Shown here in pieces: positions 24,081-37,525 of a stretch of DNA of 64,000 nt. How positions within the stretch are numbered: the first letter of the stretch is position 1; each line of letters begins with the position of its first letter. The translations under genes and the position numbers were made by a program. The DNA comes from Chiloscyllium plagiosum (taxonomy: Eukaryota), in NCBI RefSeq assembly GCF_004010195.1, contig NC_057719.1:25196809-25260808 (forward strand), in the 5' to 3' direction. Below the pieces are notes generated by a model. The model ran no database searches. It was not told where the DNA came from and was given only the letters and a program-made list of their open reading frames with translations.

Positions 24081-26679
24081 AACAAAAACTTCCAGCTCGG
24101 CGAACAGAACCACAACAACGAGCACCCGAGCTACAAATCTTTTCACAAACTTTGCATTAATGCAATGTTGTTTTGCTCTCTCACTTAGGGAAAACCTTTA
24201 CCTCATAATAGCAAGGCTATTTTATGTTTTTGACTTTGCAAAATAGTACTGTTATGTTTTCCAAAATGCTTTATGTTAATTAATGATGCTGTATTTCTCA
24301 ACTGCTTACTGTGTCTTTCCATCATTTTGTGGGCAGAATTCCAGCCTTCTGCAACCAAAGTGAAGGTTCTCTAAATTTTTTCAGAGGCATAACATCTACA
24401 CTTCATCCACAGCATTTTTGCAAACAAAGTCGTATACCTTAGTGCAATAATTGCAATTAAAATTATTGATCTTCCATTCTTTACAACAATCTTAAAAATC
24501 TTCTCATTATTTTCTTCTGTTGGCCTCTCTCTTCATTATATTTTAAAATTATTTTTATTTTAAATCTTTGTCACATTAAATCTACTTCACAGTGTTCCTC
24601 CGGAACTGAGACCTCAGTATAACTTAAATCAGTGGCCTTTAACTTTGCTATTCTGGCTGTGTGGCAACACATTGTGAATGGGAGGTAATCCTTTCTTAAC
24701 TGCAACATTTTGCAGACTGATTCTTCATACTATTAATTTAAAATTTTCCTTTGCTTTACGAGAATGTTCAACTTTACTCAAGGAGTTCCAGAATAATAGA
24801 TGTCTCCCAGCAGAACCTTGAAACCCTACAGTGTCTTGTTCTACAAAGACACTGTAATTGCCACGTGACTAATTTTCCTTTAAGTTCCTATTAGCACTAA
24901 CTGCTTCTCTTGTGTTTTTTCTTAACCAGGTCTGAAGTGAAAGTTTTAGCTTGGAGTGCTGTTTCTATCTTGTTATTCCTTACTCAAATTTGCTAATTTG
25001 CTTGTTTGTTCAAACAGTTACAAATGGAGACTGGATACTTTTTAAAAGCTGTAGCATTGAAAGCAATAAACTCACGAGTCTTAAAATTTGTTTCTCCCTG
25101 GTCCATTGGACATTTTCCCACAGTTGTTACCTTGTTGTTTGAACAATGATATTCATGTTGTATATGCTGAAAAATTAGCTAATTAAAGTAAAACAGAGAA
25201 TAGAAGCTGAGTTAGACCATTCAGTCCACAAAGCGTTCTCTGTCATTCAAGGTACTCTTAGCTGATCCCTCATCTCAAAGCCTTAGTCCTGCTCTATCTA
25301 TATATCCATTGACATCTTTAGCCTCGAGGAATCTATCTATTTCTTCTAGTAGGTGTTATGCTGTCATCAATCCACCTTTCAAGACTGAGACTAAGGACTT
25401 GTTTTGTTCACATCTGTTGAAGATATGCCACTAGTGAGTCTTAATAAAAATGGATACTTGTCTTAGCAAGACATGGATTATTGGTTGATAGCCATAGATA
25501 TATATGATGTAAACTTAGCTATCTTGTCTAACCAAATCAATCAGGAGACCGTGCTGCTGATTATGTGACATAATCAGATTGGGTAGAACTTAATGCAGTC
25601 TCCAACATTAACCCTTTCAAAATCTTTATCCTATATAATCCCACAACTGCAGCGACTTCGCATTATCTTTTAGAAGAATTCCACAGGTTTGATAATTGAC
25701 CTGATTTAGAATTTTGGAATTCCAGGGATCCTTCTGACCTTTATTCAGAATGTGTGCGCGAGTGGGTGGTGACTGGGTGAGGACAGGTTTATTTGGAGCT
25801 ATGATGCTCAATGTGATTAAAGAAAGCATCAAAATTTCCTATTGAGGCTTCTGTTTGAACAATAGGCACTTGGGCAAAGCACCCTTTGACCTATTGCTCA
25901 CAGAACATATTTCACCAAGGGCTCTCTGAAAGGAAAAAATAAGTGACACAATTACTGAAAAGAGAAGGTTAATAAGATTTTACATGCAGGATCTAAGAAT
26001 AATTTGAAGGAAACATACATCTTAATATTGTCCGTTGCATCTCTTGTGTCTAAGCTGTCAACAGAAGTTTGGAATAATGAAAACATTGGCATCTATGCAT
26101 AATGTTTCTGCATTCTCTTCCCTTCAGGTTGCATACAACAATCGGCTTTAAACTGCAGAACTGGGTTGGCCTTCCTTCCTGGGCTCTAACCAAACATTTG
26201 CATTTACAGCGATGGTCTAGGAATATATTTAGTTGTCTTTCATGTCCACACTTCAAACAGAACCAGTATTCAGAGGATGACTGTGTGAGCAGTCCTTGAG
26301 AATAGTTTTTTTAAAGAAATGCAAGAACAATTGAACTGCATTATCTCTTTGAAATAAACAGCTTTTATTTGCTTGGCTTGTATTTTTCTGTGTTTTTCAC
26401 ACTCTGGAGGTTTGTGCAGTATTCTATGAGAGATGGTATCAAGTAAAACATTTGCAATTCTCTACTCCTTTTGAAGCACGCCTTTACACTTACTGAGCCA
26501 TGACTAAAGCTCTGTCATCTTTGTGACTTAGGTCAAATTTTGTTTGACATTCCCATGAAGGTCCTTGAGATATTGCATGATTCAAGATGTCATATAAATG
26601 CAAGTTGTTATTTCAGTATCTAGTATATGGTCTCCACTGACTGATGTAACTGGATTTTTAGGAAGAAACTGTGCAGTCC

Positions 26680-26795
26680 AAGGGTTTACAAGGATATGGG
26701 GCAAGTGCTAATAAATGGGACTAGATTAGGTTAGGATATCTGGTTGGCGTAGACGAGTTGGACTGTTTCTGTGATGTACATCTCTATGACTCTAT
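26680..26795 (+). mobile_element. CR1 3' tail fragment
   Basis: ggatatggg...gggactagatt...ctctatgactctat, as at 17450-17568. Confidence 0.75.
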
Positions 26796-28158
26796 GTACA
26801 TGAGGTCTGATTAAGGAAGGGACAAGACTATACTGACCCTGAACGAATACGTAGTATAAAAACTCAGGAGTCCTGGCATTGTCCTATAAATATAAACCTG
26901 TTGTTCTTTTGTTCTTTTTGAGCCATTCATGATTAAAGAATAGGTGACAGCTTAGACACTTGATCTCTGAGTCAGATTTGGCTGTTGGTTTGACTGATTT
27001 CCTTTAGCAGTTTGCACCTTGTTGAACTTTGATCATTATTAACAGGTCGCCTCCAAGTGTAGTGCATTAATTTGGCATATGTGCAGGCACTGAAGCTTCA
27101 CCTGCCTGTTTATCATGTTGGATGAGAAAGTGACTTGTACATAGTGTTCAGTATTGGAAACGGTGTGTGTACCTCCTGCTAAGTAGTTGAGCAAGTTATT
27201 CTCAACTCCCACTCCCATCCCGAACGCATGAGTTAATCAGGACCTCTAACTAAATCTTTTTTTTTTCTGCTGCTTTGTCCACTTTTGATGTTGATTTGTG
27301 CTAGTGTGATGATGTGGCTGATATCAAAGTGGGTTCTTGGTTACCACTGAATGATTAAATGTGCAAATCTCACTTGACATAAGTGGGCATCACTTTTTCT
27401 TCTGAAGACTTACTGCAAACTAAATTTAAGCTGTGGATTTGAGGGAAGACATTGCAATTATGTTTTTTTTTAGAGGTGCTCCGTTTAGATTGAAGTGTTA
27501 AATGCCATGGCATTTCAAACTAAACGTGATGTAGCTCTTAATGACTGAAGATGTGACATTTATGGTCTGCAGAAGATAACTTAATGTGAAGTGGCATTTA
27601 TGAAAATTACTAAGAAAATCTGAAGGGGTGATTATTTTTAACAAGCAACACTCAGATTCTTCTTTATCCTGTTGGGAGTTGGATGCTTGTTCATAGAAAG
27701 GTGAACAGGTTGCACATGCATTTAGCAAAAGTAGAGCAAGGGTTTGCAGTTGCAATCATTGTAGATATGTACAGCACTAAAGAAGGATATTCAGCTCATC
27801 ATGCCTGTGCTGACTGATGAAACGCTATGCAGCTTAATCTCATATTTTCTAGTTCTTGGCCTGTAGCCTTGTAGGTTACAGTGTGTGTCCACATGGTGCT
27901 TATCTACGCTTTCCATCCACCACATGGATAATGTAATGACACTCTCCAAACATTGACCCAATAAAATTGAGCCATCAACCAAAAATCAAATGGAGCTCAA
28001 AATGGTAGGCCTGCAGTCGCTGTAACTCCCACGGGTGATTTTTAAATATTGCTCTTTGTTCAGCTTGGTTTGTTCTGGTAAGAATGCCTAAATAGCTGTT
28101 TTCTTTTCTGTTTCCAACCCTGGCTCTGATAGCAAGAAATGTCCTCTTCTTCGCAAGC

Positions 28159-28391
28159 TCAAGATTAGTGGTGCTGGAAAAGCACAACAGGTCAGACAGC
28201 AACCGAGGAGCAGGAAAATCGACATTTTGGACAAAAGTCCTTCATCAGGAATCATCAGGCCTCGTTCCTGATGAAGAGCTTTTGCCAGAAACGTCGATTT
28301 TTCTGCTCCACGAATGCTGCCTGACCTGCTGTGCTTTTCCAGCACCACTAATCTTGACTCTGATCTCCAGCATCTGCAGTCCTCACTTTCG
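28159..28391. mobile_element. Palindromic P1 element
   Basis: TSD cctcttctt(c/t)gcaagc at 28143-28158 and 28392-28407; inverted arms joined at the hammerhead cores. Confidence 0.9.
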
Positions 28392-28654
28392 CCTCTTCTT
28401 TGCAAGCACCCTGCCTCGCCGAGCAGTTTCCTTTTTCCCTAATTAATACTTCCATACCAAAGAAGTAAGTGTTTACAGACAGTGACAAAAGGCACTCTGT
28501 GTTTATTTAACTCCACTGTTGCTACAAGAAATCTAGTGTGAAGCAAAGTTCTGGAAAGTTGTCTCCAATTCCCCAGAGAAACAAGGGCAATTTTGGATGG
28601 TTAGTAACCTGGCTTTCAGCTTGTAATGTGAAGCAGGTCAGTGAATTTTGAGAG

Positions 28655-29181
28655 GGAGAAAGTGAGGACTGCAAATGCTAGAGATCAGAGTCAAAGAGTG
28701 TAATGCTGGAAAAGCATAGCTAGTCAGGCATAGTCATTGAGATGTACAGCATGGAAACAGACCCTTTGTTGCAACTTGTTCATGCCAACCAGATATCCTA
28801 ACCTAATCTAGTCCCGTTTGCTAGCACTTCACCCATATTCTTCTAAACCCTTCCTATTCCTATACTCATTCAGATGCCTTTTAAATGGTGCAAATGTACC
28901 AGCCTCCACCACTTCTTCCTCTGGCAGCTCATTCCATACATGCAACACCCTCTGTGTGAAAACGTTGCCCTTTAGGCCCCCTTTTTTTCCTTTCCCCTCT
29001 CACCCTAAACCTATGCCCTCTAGTTCTGGACTCCCCTACTCCAGGGAAAACACTTTGTATATTTGTTCAATCCATGCTCCTCATGATTTTATAAACCTCT
29101 ATATGATTCCTGACGAAAGGCTTATGCTCGAAACGTTGATTCTCCTGCTCCTCAGATGCTGCCTGACCGGATGTGCTTTTC
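28655..29181. mobile_element. P1 element whose arms enclose a CR1 3' fragment (about 28729-29103, - strand)
   Basis: TSD cagt(g/a)aattttgagag at 28639-28654 and 29182-29197 brackets the whole composite. Confidence 0.82.
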
Positions 29182-30534
29182 CAGTAAATTTTGAGAGTAT
29201 AACTACAGTGCTGTTGAATGCTCTTTTGTTGACAGTTATGTGATTTTTTGTGGTTGATAGATTTGGACTGTTGAGTTAGTATGCAGCCCAATTGCTTCTT
29301 CAAATTATCTTAAATTAGCAGTGCTGTATAATAAATCTTTCTTAATTTGGAAATTCGTATCCTTTAATTTGATTTAATTTTGTATTACCATAACCTTAAT
29401 CAATATCCTTTAATGTGTAGAATGGTGTGTACATACAACTGAAATGAGATTTGTTTTTCTTATCCCAGCTTACACTGTAATAAAAAGGAAATAATTGGTG
29501 TAATAAATAAATAATATTGCAGCCTTACAACATACTCTCAATGAATCTCTGGCAGTTGCTCCTATGAAATTTTTGATATGGTTTAGTTGTCTGTCACTGG
29601 AGAGACACATTGTCCTTCATGGGTCAGCTTGTTGTGGGTGCTTGACATGTTGACCAGTCATGGTGGAGGTTCCTGTATTGCCATTGTTTGTTGTAGTGTG
29701 GTCAAACCGCCATTAATTCAAGGTAATCCAGTATAGCTATTGACACTGGCATTTACATGGAAGATTGCCCAGGCATGTCTTAACTACAAAAACCATGATA
29801 AATCTAACCCAGACAATAACCACTGTCAGCCATATGTAAATCTCTATAAAGTAAGAGTTGTCAATAGTGCCATGCATAAACACCCACCTTTTGTACCATG
29901 CTCACTGCTCAGCTCAGTTTCTGCCTGAGCCATTTGGCTCCAGCTGTCAATATGCCTGTGATCCCAGATGTTGATGCATGAGTTGAATGCCTCAAGAAAC
30001 AGGAGAGAAAAATTCCCTTGATACCAAGGAAACACTTGACCTGGAATGACTTTGACAAGTCACATTCAAATTGAAAATAACAAAGGGTTATACCTGACAT
30101 CAATGGAGGCCAATTATCAATGCCGTAGGGCATCATTGGAAGAGTTCCTTAGAGCAGTACACTTAGCCTCACTATCTTCATCTGCTTCACCAATGGTCTT
30201 TGCATTATGAAGAGCACTTTGCTGATAATTCCACTATGCTCAGCACTATTTACGACATCAATAATGAAGCAACTTCTGTCTGAAATGTGCTGATTATCAT
30301 AGTAAGTGTAAGCACTGGGTAATGACTGATGAGAGGAAGAAAAAGTCTAGCTGAGTCTCAATATGTTTTGGGCTGACCATTGTTGGGTCTTTCACCATCA
30401 ATATGAGAGCTTGGGATAGGATCTGCATCTGGAATGCATTGCCGATCAAGGCCAAAGGCTCATCTTGGATGAGTGATGTTATTTGGGTCTTCCAACTGTT
30501 TTGATTTAATGTTTGCTTGTGTGTCTTTTCATAG

Positions 30535-30606
30535 ACCAGCAGGAGGCTGGAAGAACACAGCAAGCCAGGCAGCATCAGAAGGTGGCGAAGTAAATGTTTC
30601 GGGTGT
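30535..30606 (-). mobile_element. Short fragment of a related PLE-end family
   Basis: gctggaagaacacagcaagccaggcagcatc...gtttcggg parallels the P1 arm. Confidence 0.55.
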
Positions 30607-31939
30607 CTTTTGAGCAGTTTGTTCAAGAGGATCTTTTTTCCCCTGATTACCAACTGCTGAATGAAATGGCCCTTTCTTTTTGACTCTCCATTGCTCTTTT
30701 TGAACCTGAAACTCAGTTCTGTGGGGGTGGGTCGGCCCTGACTGTGACAATTTGTTATGTGGCACTTTGACAAGAGCCTTACCTGATGGTGCTGAAAATG
30801 GCTCCATTCATGGTTCAGAATGGAGGAAGAAGTGGATAAAGAAACTGCTCCCAAACCCTTCCAAGAAGTGACAATGGCTATTTTGGACTGCAGGTATGAA
30901 CCCAGCCAGAGATTTACTCCACAGCGTATACATATGCTGTACAAATTAGAATATGGTGTGTTGAAGAAATGCATGCAATATTACCAGGAATGCAAATTTG
31001 AAGCAAGTTGACCTGCCCATTGCTTCATGAACTGAGACCATCAAGAATGTAGGCACCCCTTGAATCCACACTGCCTTGCCCCCTAGATAAAAGATCAGAG
31101 GGGTTCTTAATGGTGGGCTGAGACCTTTGTAGATTTTATTTTCTCTGTGGGTGTGTGGTAATCATTTTGAAAATGGCTGGTTCAGGGCTCAGTAAGGAAT
31201 CACTTCAATTTGTTCAGTTTTTGGGTATCTACCCAATTTGAATGCCCAGTTTGTGTTTGGCTTTCTTTGACCAGCTAGGGTGACTGCAGGGTGACTGCAA
31301 TTGGCTTCAGTGTCTCTGGGTTCAGGGAAGAAAGGAAAGAAAAACCAAGCAAAACTTTAGTTACCGTGCAGTTTTCCCCGCTGGGGGAGTCATGCGTTTA
31401 GCAGTGTTGTGGTTCACAACCAGATGGCTTACCCACGTACGAGTGGAGCATTCTTGAAGAATGAGTCACTGGACAGCGGTAATGCAAGGCTACTAGACCC
31501 CTTAACCCATAAACTAGATTGGATCAGTACCTGTGGTAAGCTGGGGAGGAAGAAAGCCTAAAACCAGGCTCCTCTGGTAATTAAAAACATGACCTGATGT
31601 TGCTCTGAACTACAGGTCACCGGTTTAGTTGCATTCTTGAAAGAAAGGGAAAGACACGTGCAATGTCTCAGTGAGGGGCTGTTTCTTTAAATCTGAGCCT
31701 GGAGTTGTTTACTGAAATTCTTGAAGAAACAAGCCCTCGAGAGATTAAGAAGCATTGATGGCTCACTGTATCCTTGGAGAATGAAGAAATGCGAACTCAT
31801 TCCAAAAGAATTCGTCAGCAGTAGGCATTTGTTCATTCAGGGTCTCTGTCAAGCTGCCAGGGTAATTGAGGGCATTTTTGGAAAGTGATATTCAGAGTAC
31901 ACCGGACCTGGGCACTTAGTGCAACCATAGCAACCAATT

Positions 31940-31962
31940 TTCTCTCTCTCTCTCTCTCTCTC
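31940..31962. repeat. (CT)n microsatellite
   Basis: Direct reading. Confidence 0.9.
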
Positions 31963-33029
31963 AATCAAACTTCACATTTGACTGTATATGGCACTCAGTG
32001 GAAAAACTGATAACCAGCATTCCAACTTTAAGATGTTTTTAAATTTCAAAGAAAATGAGAAAATAATAAGCAAAGCTGTGCCAAAGGAATTGTACTCAAC
32101 AATTAATCTTAACCCCATTAATGCTGGAAATTATTTGCACAAGAAAGCATTTGATTCGCTTGATTTGCTTATAGTGTACACATGGTTTGACTGGGTGCTA
32201 TGCGATTTGTGTTGTTTTTTTTTTGGAGTTTCTTTTTGTAAGAATGACACATGTATTGTGAAAGAAAAACATCCGAATGAAGTCAGGAGCATATTGATCA
32301 GGTGCTGTCCTTGTGCCATACTGAGACCTTGTTTGTTAAATTTTTTTTTCTGACATTTGCACAAATTAGTGTCTGGCTCAGTCTATCTGCAACTAAAGCC
32401 TTCATCCATGCATCCTGGCCAGCCTTTTACCATCTAGCTACTGTAATGTTGATCTCATCCCAACCTCTACCTTCATGTTCTTGTATGTTGCATAAGGAAA
32501 TGGTTCTGACGACATTCGATCAGAAGATTAAAAGAGCAGAATTAGGCCATTCGGCCCATTGAGTTTTCACTGCCATTCAAACATGACTGATCAGCCCTCT
32601 GCACACTAACCGGTATATTCATTCAAAGCAAAGATTGGTGTCAGCAAACTATCTGAGATAGCACTTACCTAGTACCGTGTACTGATACAGGTCGAAAATA
32701 AGACAAGATGTGAGCATTGGTAATGAGGAAATAAAACCACACTATTCTGCTCCAGGTTTCAATCATCTATCTCCCTCTCTGGTTTTAATGGATCAGGATC
32801 ATGCACAAAGTTAAAAGTTCTACCTGTATTTTCAGCTACTTACATGATATCACACTTTCCTGTTTATTCACTGACTTCAAGGCTCTATATACTTCTTATT
32901 CGGATCAGATTCTCTTCACTGTGTCATTGGTAGCCCTGTCTCAAGCATCTAGGCTGAAAACTTTTGAATGCCCCCCAAAAGAAAATTCATCTGTCTTTGT
33001 ACATCTCTCGCACTCTCATTATCTGAATG

Positions 33030-33735
33030 ATGGCAATTTAGGAAAAGGCAACCTGGGTGTCATGGTGGAACAGTTGCTGAATGTGGGCATGAAGGTGCAA
33101 CAGAGTGAGTAAAGCTTTCCCTTATAGTGAGAGGATTTGAGTATTGAAGTAAGGATGTCTTGCTGCGGTTATGGTGAGGCCACACCATGAGTTTTATGTG
33201 CAGTTTTGGTTTTGTGATCTGAGGAAGGACATGCTTGCTATTGAGGGAGTCCAGCGAAGGTTCACCAGACTTATTCTTGGGATGGCAGGACTGACATATG
33301 AGGACGATTGGTCAATTGGACTTGTATTCACTGGAATTTAGAAGAATGAGAGTGGATCTTATCGAAGCATATAAAATCTTTGTGGGACTGGACACGCTAG
33401 ATACGTGAAGAATGGTCCTAAAGTTGGAAGTCCATAACAAGGGTCACAGTCTAAGAATAAGGGGTAAGCCATTCAAGACTACGATGAGGGAAAATTTCCT
33501 CATTCTGAAATGTGAACCTGTGGAATTCTTTATCGCAGGAAGCTATTGGGGGGCCAATTCATGAGATATATTCAAGAGGGAGCTGGGTGTGGCCCTTGTG
33601 TCAAAAGGGATCAAAGGTTATGGAGAGAAGATGGGAATGGGATACTGAGATTGCATGATCAGCTATGATCATATTGAATGGTGGTGCAGGTTCAAAGGGC
33701 CGAATGGCCTACTCCTGCACCTACTTTCTATGTTT
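33030..33735 (+). mobile_element. CR1 LINE 3' fragment
   Basis: ...EGVQRRFTRLILGMAGLTYE... and CR1 3' UTR (aagggccgaatggcctactcctgc...ttctatgtttct). Confidence 0.85.
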
Positions 33736-34104
33736 CTCCGCATCCTTCCTCCATTAATATGAACCTTAAAACCCTCTTTCTCTCCTAAATGCCTTTTTAT
33801 GTGGCATTCAATGTTATGCACTGGTGCTCCAGTCGGGCATGCTTTACCTTTTAAAAGTGTGACGTAATTGCTAATTGTTGTTCACTCCCCTCAGTCAGCA
33901 TTGAGCCTCAGTAATCCATTAGCAGGAGGGAGGGGAGGTCACTGCAGGCAACCACACTCAGGATTGCAACAGGTCTGGAAGATTTCTAGAGATTCCATTG
34001 GTAAATTCAATGCCTCCTGTCCACATAGCTCTTTTTAAATAAATAAATAATGTTTTTGAGTGGAATTGTAACAATGCCCTGTTAGTCACCACAGGTATTC
34101 AGAA

Positions 34105-34400
34105 GGGGAGGCAATGCTCTTAGTGGTATTATCACTACATTAATCCAGAGACCCAGGTAATGTTCTGGGTTCCCTGGTTTAAATCCTGCAATGGCAGATG
34201 GTAGAATTTGAACTCAGTAAAGATCTGGAATTTAGAGTGTAATGGCGACGATGCATTCATTATTGATTGTTGGAAAAACCCATTTGATTCACTAGTGTCC
34301 CTTTAGGAAAGGAAATTCCAGACCTACAGCAATGTGGTTGGCTCATAACTGCCCTCTGGGCTGGGCATCAAATGCTGGCCTAGCATCAATAATGAATAAC
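34105..34400 (+). mobile_element. tRNA-derived SINE (second family)
   Basis: tRNA-like head (tagtggtattatcact...ggtttaaatcc); homologous to 60695-60970(-) and 61185-61530(+). Confidence 0.7.
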
Positions 34401-36034
34401 TCGAAAGAGAGAATATTTGTGCCAACCGTTAGTCTGATTTGATTATTGATGGAAGATTCCAGCCTATGTTTAGGTCAAAATCCACTCAAAAAATATCATG
34501 TCAGCAGGAGATCTAACAATTAAACATTTATTTGCCAATCAGTCCAGTGTTTAGCACAAACGGTGTGCATTACTGAATGAATGTGTGAAATTTGAGAGAG
34601 GCCTGAGAGTAGTCAGTTGCCTTGATGTACAGCAAGTACAATATGTAGGGCATGCACACTTCATGTTGTCATATTCCCAGTTTCCCTAAGGACTTTTCTT
34701 CAATGGGACAAGAATGAAAATTCATTGTATTCTTTGTGATAGATTATATTAATATTTGAGGGGACTAGTTGGCTCAATGCATCAAGTATGTAGATATCCC
34801 CAAGCTACACATCAGTCAATAGTCCCATTTTACAAACTGAAAGCTGTTGTTGATTCTGCAGGAATAGCATTGAACCTTAAAAAAAACTTGAAATCTTCAG
34901 AGAGGACAGTGGCACAATGTATTTTATATCTGGCTTCAGTTAAGAAAGAATTCAGCTTTTGGTTGATGCAGTGAATCCTGTTTGGATGAAGTTTTGTGAA
35001 GTATTAAATAAAAGGTCAATAATACATAATCTCATTATGTTGAAAGTTGAGTATTCCTTGCAGGGAGACACTTCCATGTGATGCTGGATGGAAATGGCAA
35101 GGCCTAGCTGCTGAGCGTTCTGGCAATTGTTGTGCAATTTCACATTTTCTTTTTTTTAAAAAAGATGTGGCATTTTTGAATTTAATGTTTTTGCTTCAAA
35201 AGAAATCTCAGCAATGTGCACTGACGCTGAATTGCATCTGCTGAGTATAAGACCCTAGAGCTATCTGTCACTCAGAATTCCCAGTATTGTTAACTGTCAA
35301 ATGGATATAATGACAGGATTCACTGAGGTGATTTATGTGTTTTCAGGAGAAGCTAATAATGAGGCCAGAGTCAAAATTTGTGTCAAGCTTCCTTCTTGGT
35401 GAGCTGCCTTCATGACTTACTGCTGTCCATGGGGTATCCCACAATGATGTTCCAGGGAGTTGAAGGATTTTGACCCAATGATCAGCAATGTAGTTCCAAG
35501 CAATAGTTCTCTTGTTTTGTTTTTCATTGCATGGATCTCTGAGATCTGTGAATGGCAGCAACCTCTGAAACCAAACATTAGTGTGTAGACATGCTGGTTG
35601 ATATCCACAGAACCTTGGAGCAGCCGTGCAGCTTCGAGGGAACACTAGTTCTAAATGATGATAATGCATGGCTTTCCATCACATTCCTGACTTGTGTCTT
35701 GTAGATGGTGGACAGGCCTTGAGGTTTTAGGGGATGAGTTATACACTGCAGAATTCCTGACATTTATTCTGCTCTTGCAACTACTACTTGTTTATATGAA
35801 TGGTCTGGTTACACCCATTGTGTTGCAACAGGGTGATACTTACCAGAATGGTAATGGTAATGCCATCAAGGGGCAGTGGTTGGATTCTCTGTTGTTGGCA
35901 ATGGTCATTGACTGGCTCTTGTGTGACTCAAATGTTGCTTGCCATTTAACAGCCCAAACCTGAATGTTTTTCAAATTTTGAACACTTTCTAAATCTGTAT
36001 GAATCTCTAACTTGTGCTGTTCCTTAAGCAGCAC

Positions 36035-37525
36035 ATAGAATATAGAACAGTGCAGCACAGGGATAGGCACTTCAGCCCATGATGTTATGTCGAACATGGC
36101 ACGAATTCCTTCTGCCAACCATTGGTCCATATTCTTCCATTCCTTGCATATTCATGTACTTATCTAAAGGTCTCTTAAATGCCCCAATTTTAGATTAGAT
36201 TAGATTAGATTACTTACAATGTGGAAACAGGCCCTTCGGCCCAACAAGTCCACACCGCCCCGCCGAAGCGCAACCCACCCATACCCCTACCCCTACATTT
36301 ACATTTACCCCTTACCTAACACTACGGGCAATTTAGCATGGCCAATTCACCTGACCTGCACATCTTTGGACTGTGGGAGGAAACCGGAGCACCCGGAGGA
36401 AACCCACGCAGACACGGGGAGAACGTGCAAACTCCACACAGTCAGTCGCCTGAGGCGGGTATTGAACCCGGGTCTCTGGCGCTGTGAGGCAGCAGTGCTA
36501 ACCACTGTGCCACCGTGCCGCCCTAATTGTATCTGCCTCCACCATCACCCCTGGAAGCATGTTCCAGACTCCTACCAGACTCTGGTTTAAAAAAATACTT
36601 GCCCCTCACATGTTCTTTGAACTTTCCCCTTCTCACCTTAACACTTTTGTGTCAGACTTTTCAACTCTGAGAAAAAGATTCTGACCGTCAGCTGTATATA
36701 TGCATCTCATAATATTATAGATTTCTCTTGAACCACCCCTCAGCCTCTGCCACTCCAGGGAAAACAACCTGAGTTTTTCTAGCCTCTCTTATAGCTTAAA
36801 TCCTCCAATCCAGGCGGCACCCTGGTAAGCCTCTTCTGCACTCTCTCTGAAGCCTCCACATCTTTGCTGTAATATCGCAATCAGAATTGATTGCAATACT
36901 CTAAGTGTAGCCTTTTACACAATTCCTCGATCAATAAAGGCAAGCATGCCATGCACCGCCTTTACCACCCTATCTACTTGTGTGGCCACTTTTCGGGAGC
37001 TATCGACTTGAACCCCAAGATCCCTCTGTACATCAATGCTGTTCAGGGTCCTGCCATCAATTCTGTACTTTTCCTTAACATTTGACCTCTTAAAGTGCAG
37101 CACATCGTACTTACCTAGATTACTTGTCATTTCTCCACCCATATCTGCAACTGATCTATATCCTGCTGTATCCTTTGACAACCTTCTACACTATCCACAA
37201 CTCCACTGATCTTTGTATCTTCTGCAAACTTACCAATCCACCCATCCACATTTCCATCCAAGTCTATATATCACAAACAGCAGACGTCCCAGTACATGTC
37301 CTTGGGGAACACCAGTAGTTACGGACCTCTAGCCAGGAAAGTGCTCCTCTATCATTACCCTCTGCATTCTTTGGGCAAGTCAATTCTAAATCCACGTGGC
37401 CAAGTCACTATGGATCCCATGCATCGTAGTCTTCTAGATGAACCTACCATGAGGGACCTTGTCGAAAGCCTTACTAAGATCCATGTAGACAACATCCACT
37501 GCTCTATCCATGTCGATCACTTTTA
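36035..37525 (-). mobile_element. CR1 LINE 3' part with nested HE1 SINE
   Basis: ORF 36915..37181(-) DVQRDLGVQVDSSRKVATQVDRVVK; tail catagaatatagaacag. Confidence 0.88.
36190..36522 (-). mobile_element. Full-length HE1 / V-SINE
   Basis: - strand: ggcggcacggTGGCACAGTGGttagc (A box) ... GGTTCAATACC (B box), central V-domain, CR1-like tail ending in (aatct)n. Confidence 0.92.

Larger units (their letters stand above)
23047..24154 (+). mobile_element. Penelope-like element: RT fragment, gap, then inverted pair of 3' ends (GIY-YIG C-terminus plus terminal repeat)
   Basis: ORF 23080.. QINGTPMGSPIS...WVRYVDDTF (PLE RT). 23469-23805 is the reverse complement of 23808-24123. 14-bp TSD aactttgcattaat at 23033-23046 and 24148-24161. 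Confidence 0.92.

Noticed and set aside
30297..30974. 225-aa ORF on the - strand
   Set aside because: No recognisable domain, non-ATG-dependent chance frame crossing a repeat fragment, no splice support.
36440..36522. tRNA gene
   Set aside because: A and B boxes belong to the SINE head, which runs on into the V-domain and tail; no complete cloverleaf seen.
36219..36590. ORFs with HPYPYIYPLPNTTGNL (also 6463, 54359, 62963)
   Set aside because: Antisense translations of HE1 SINEs.
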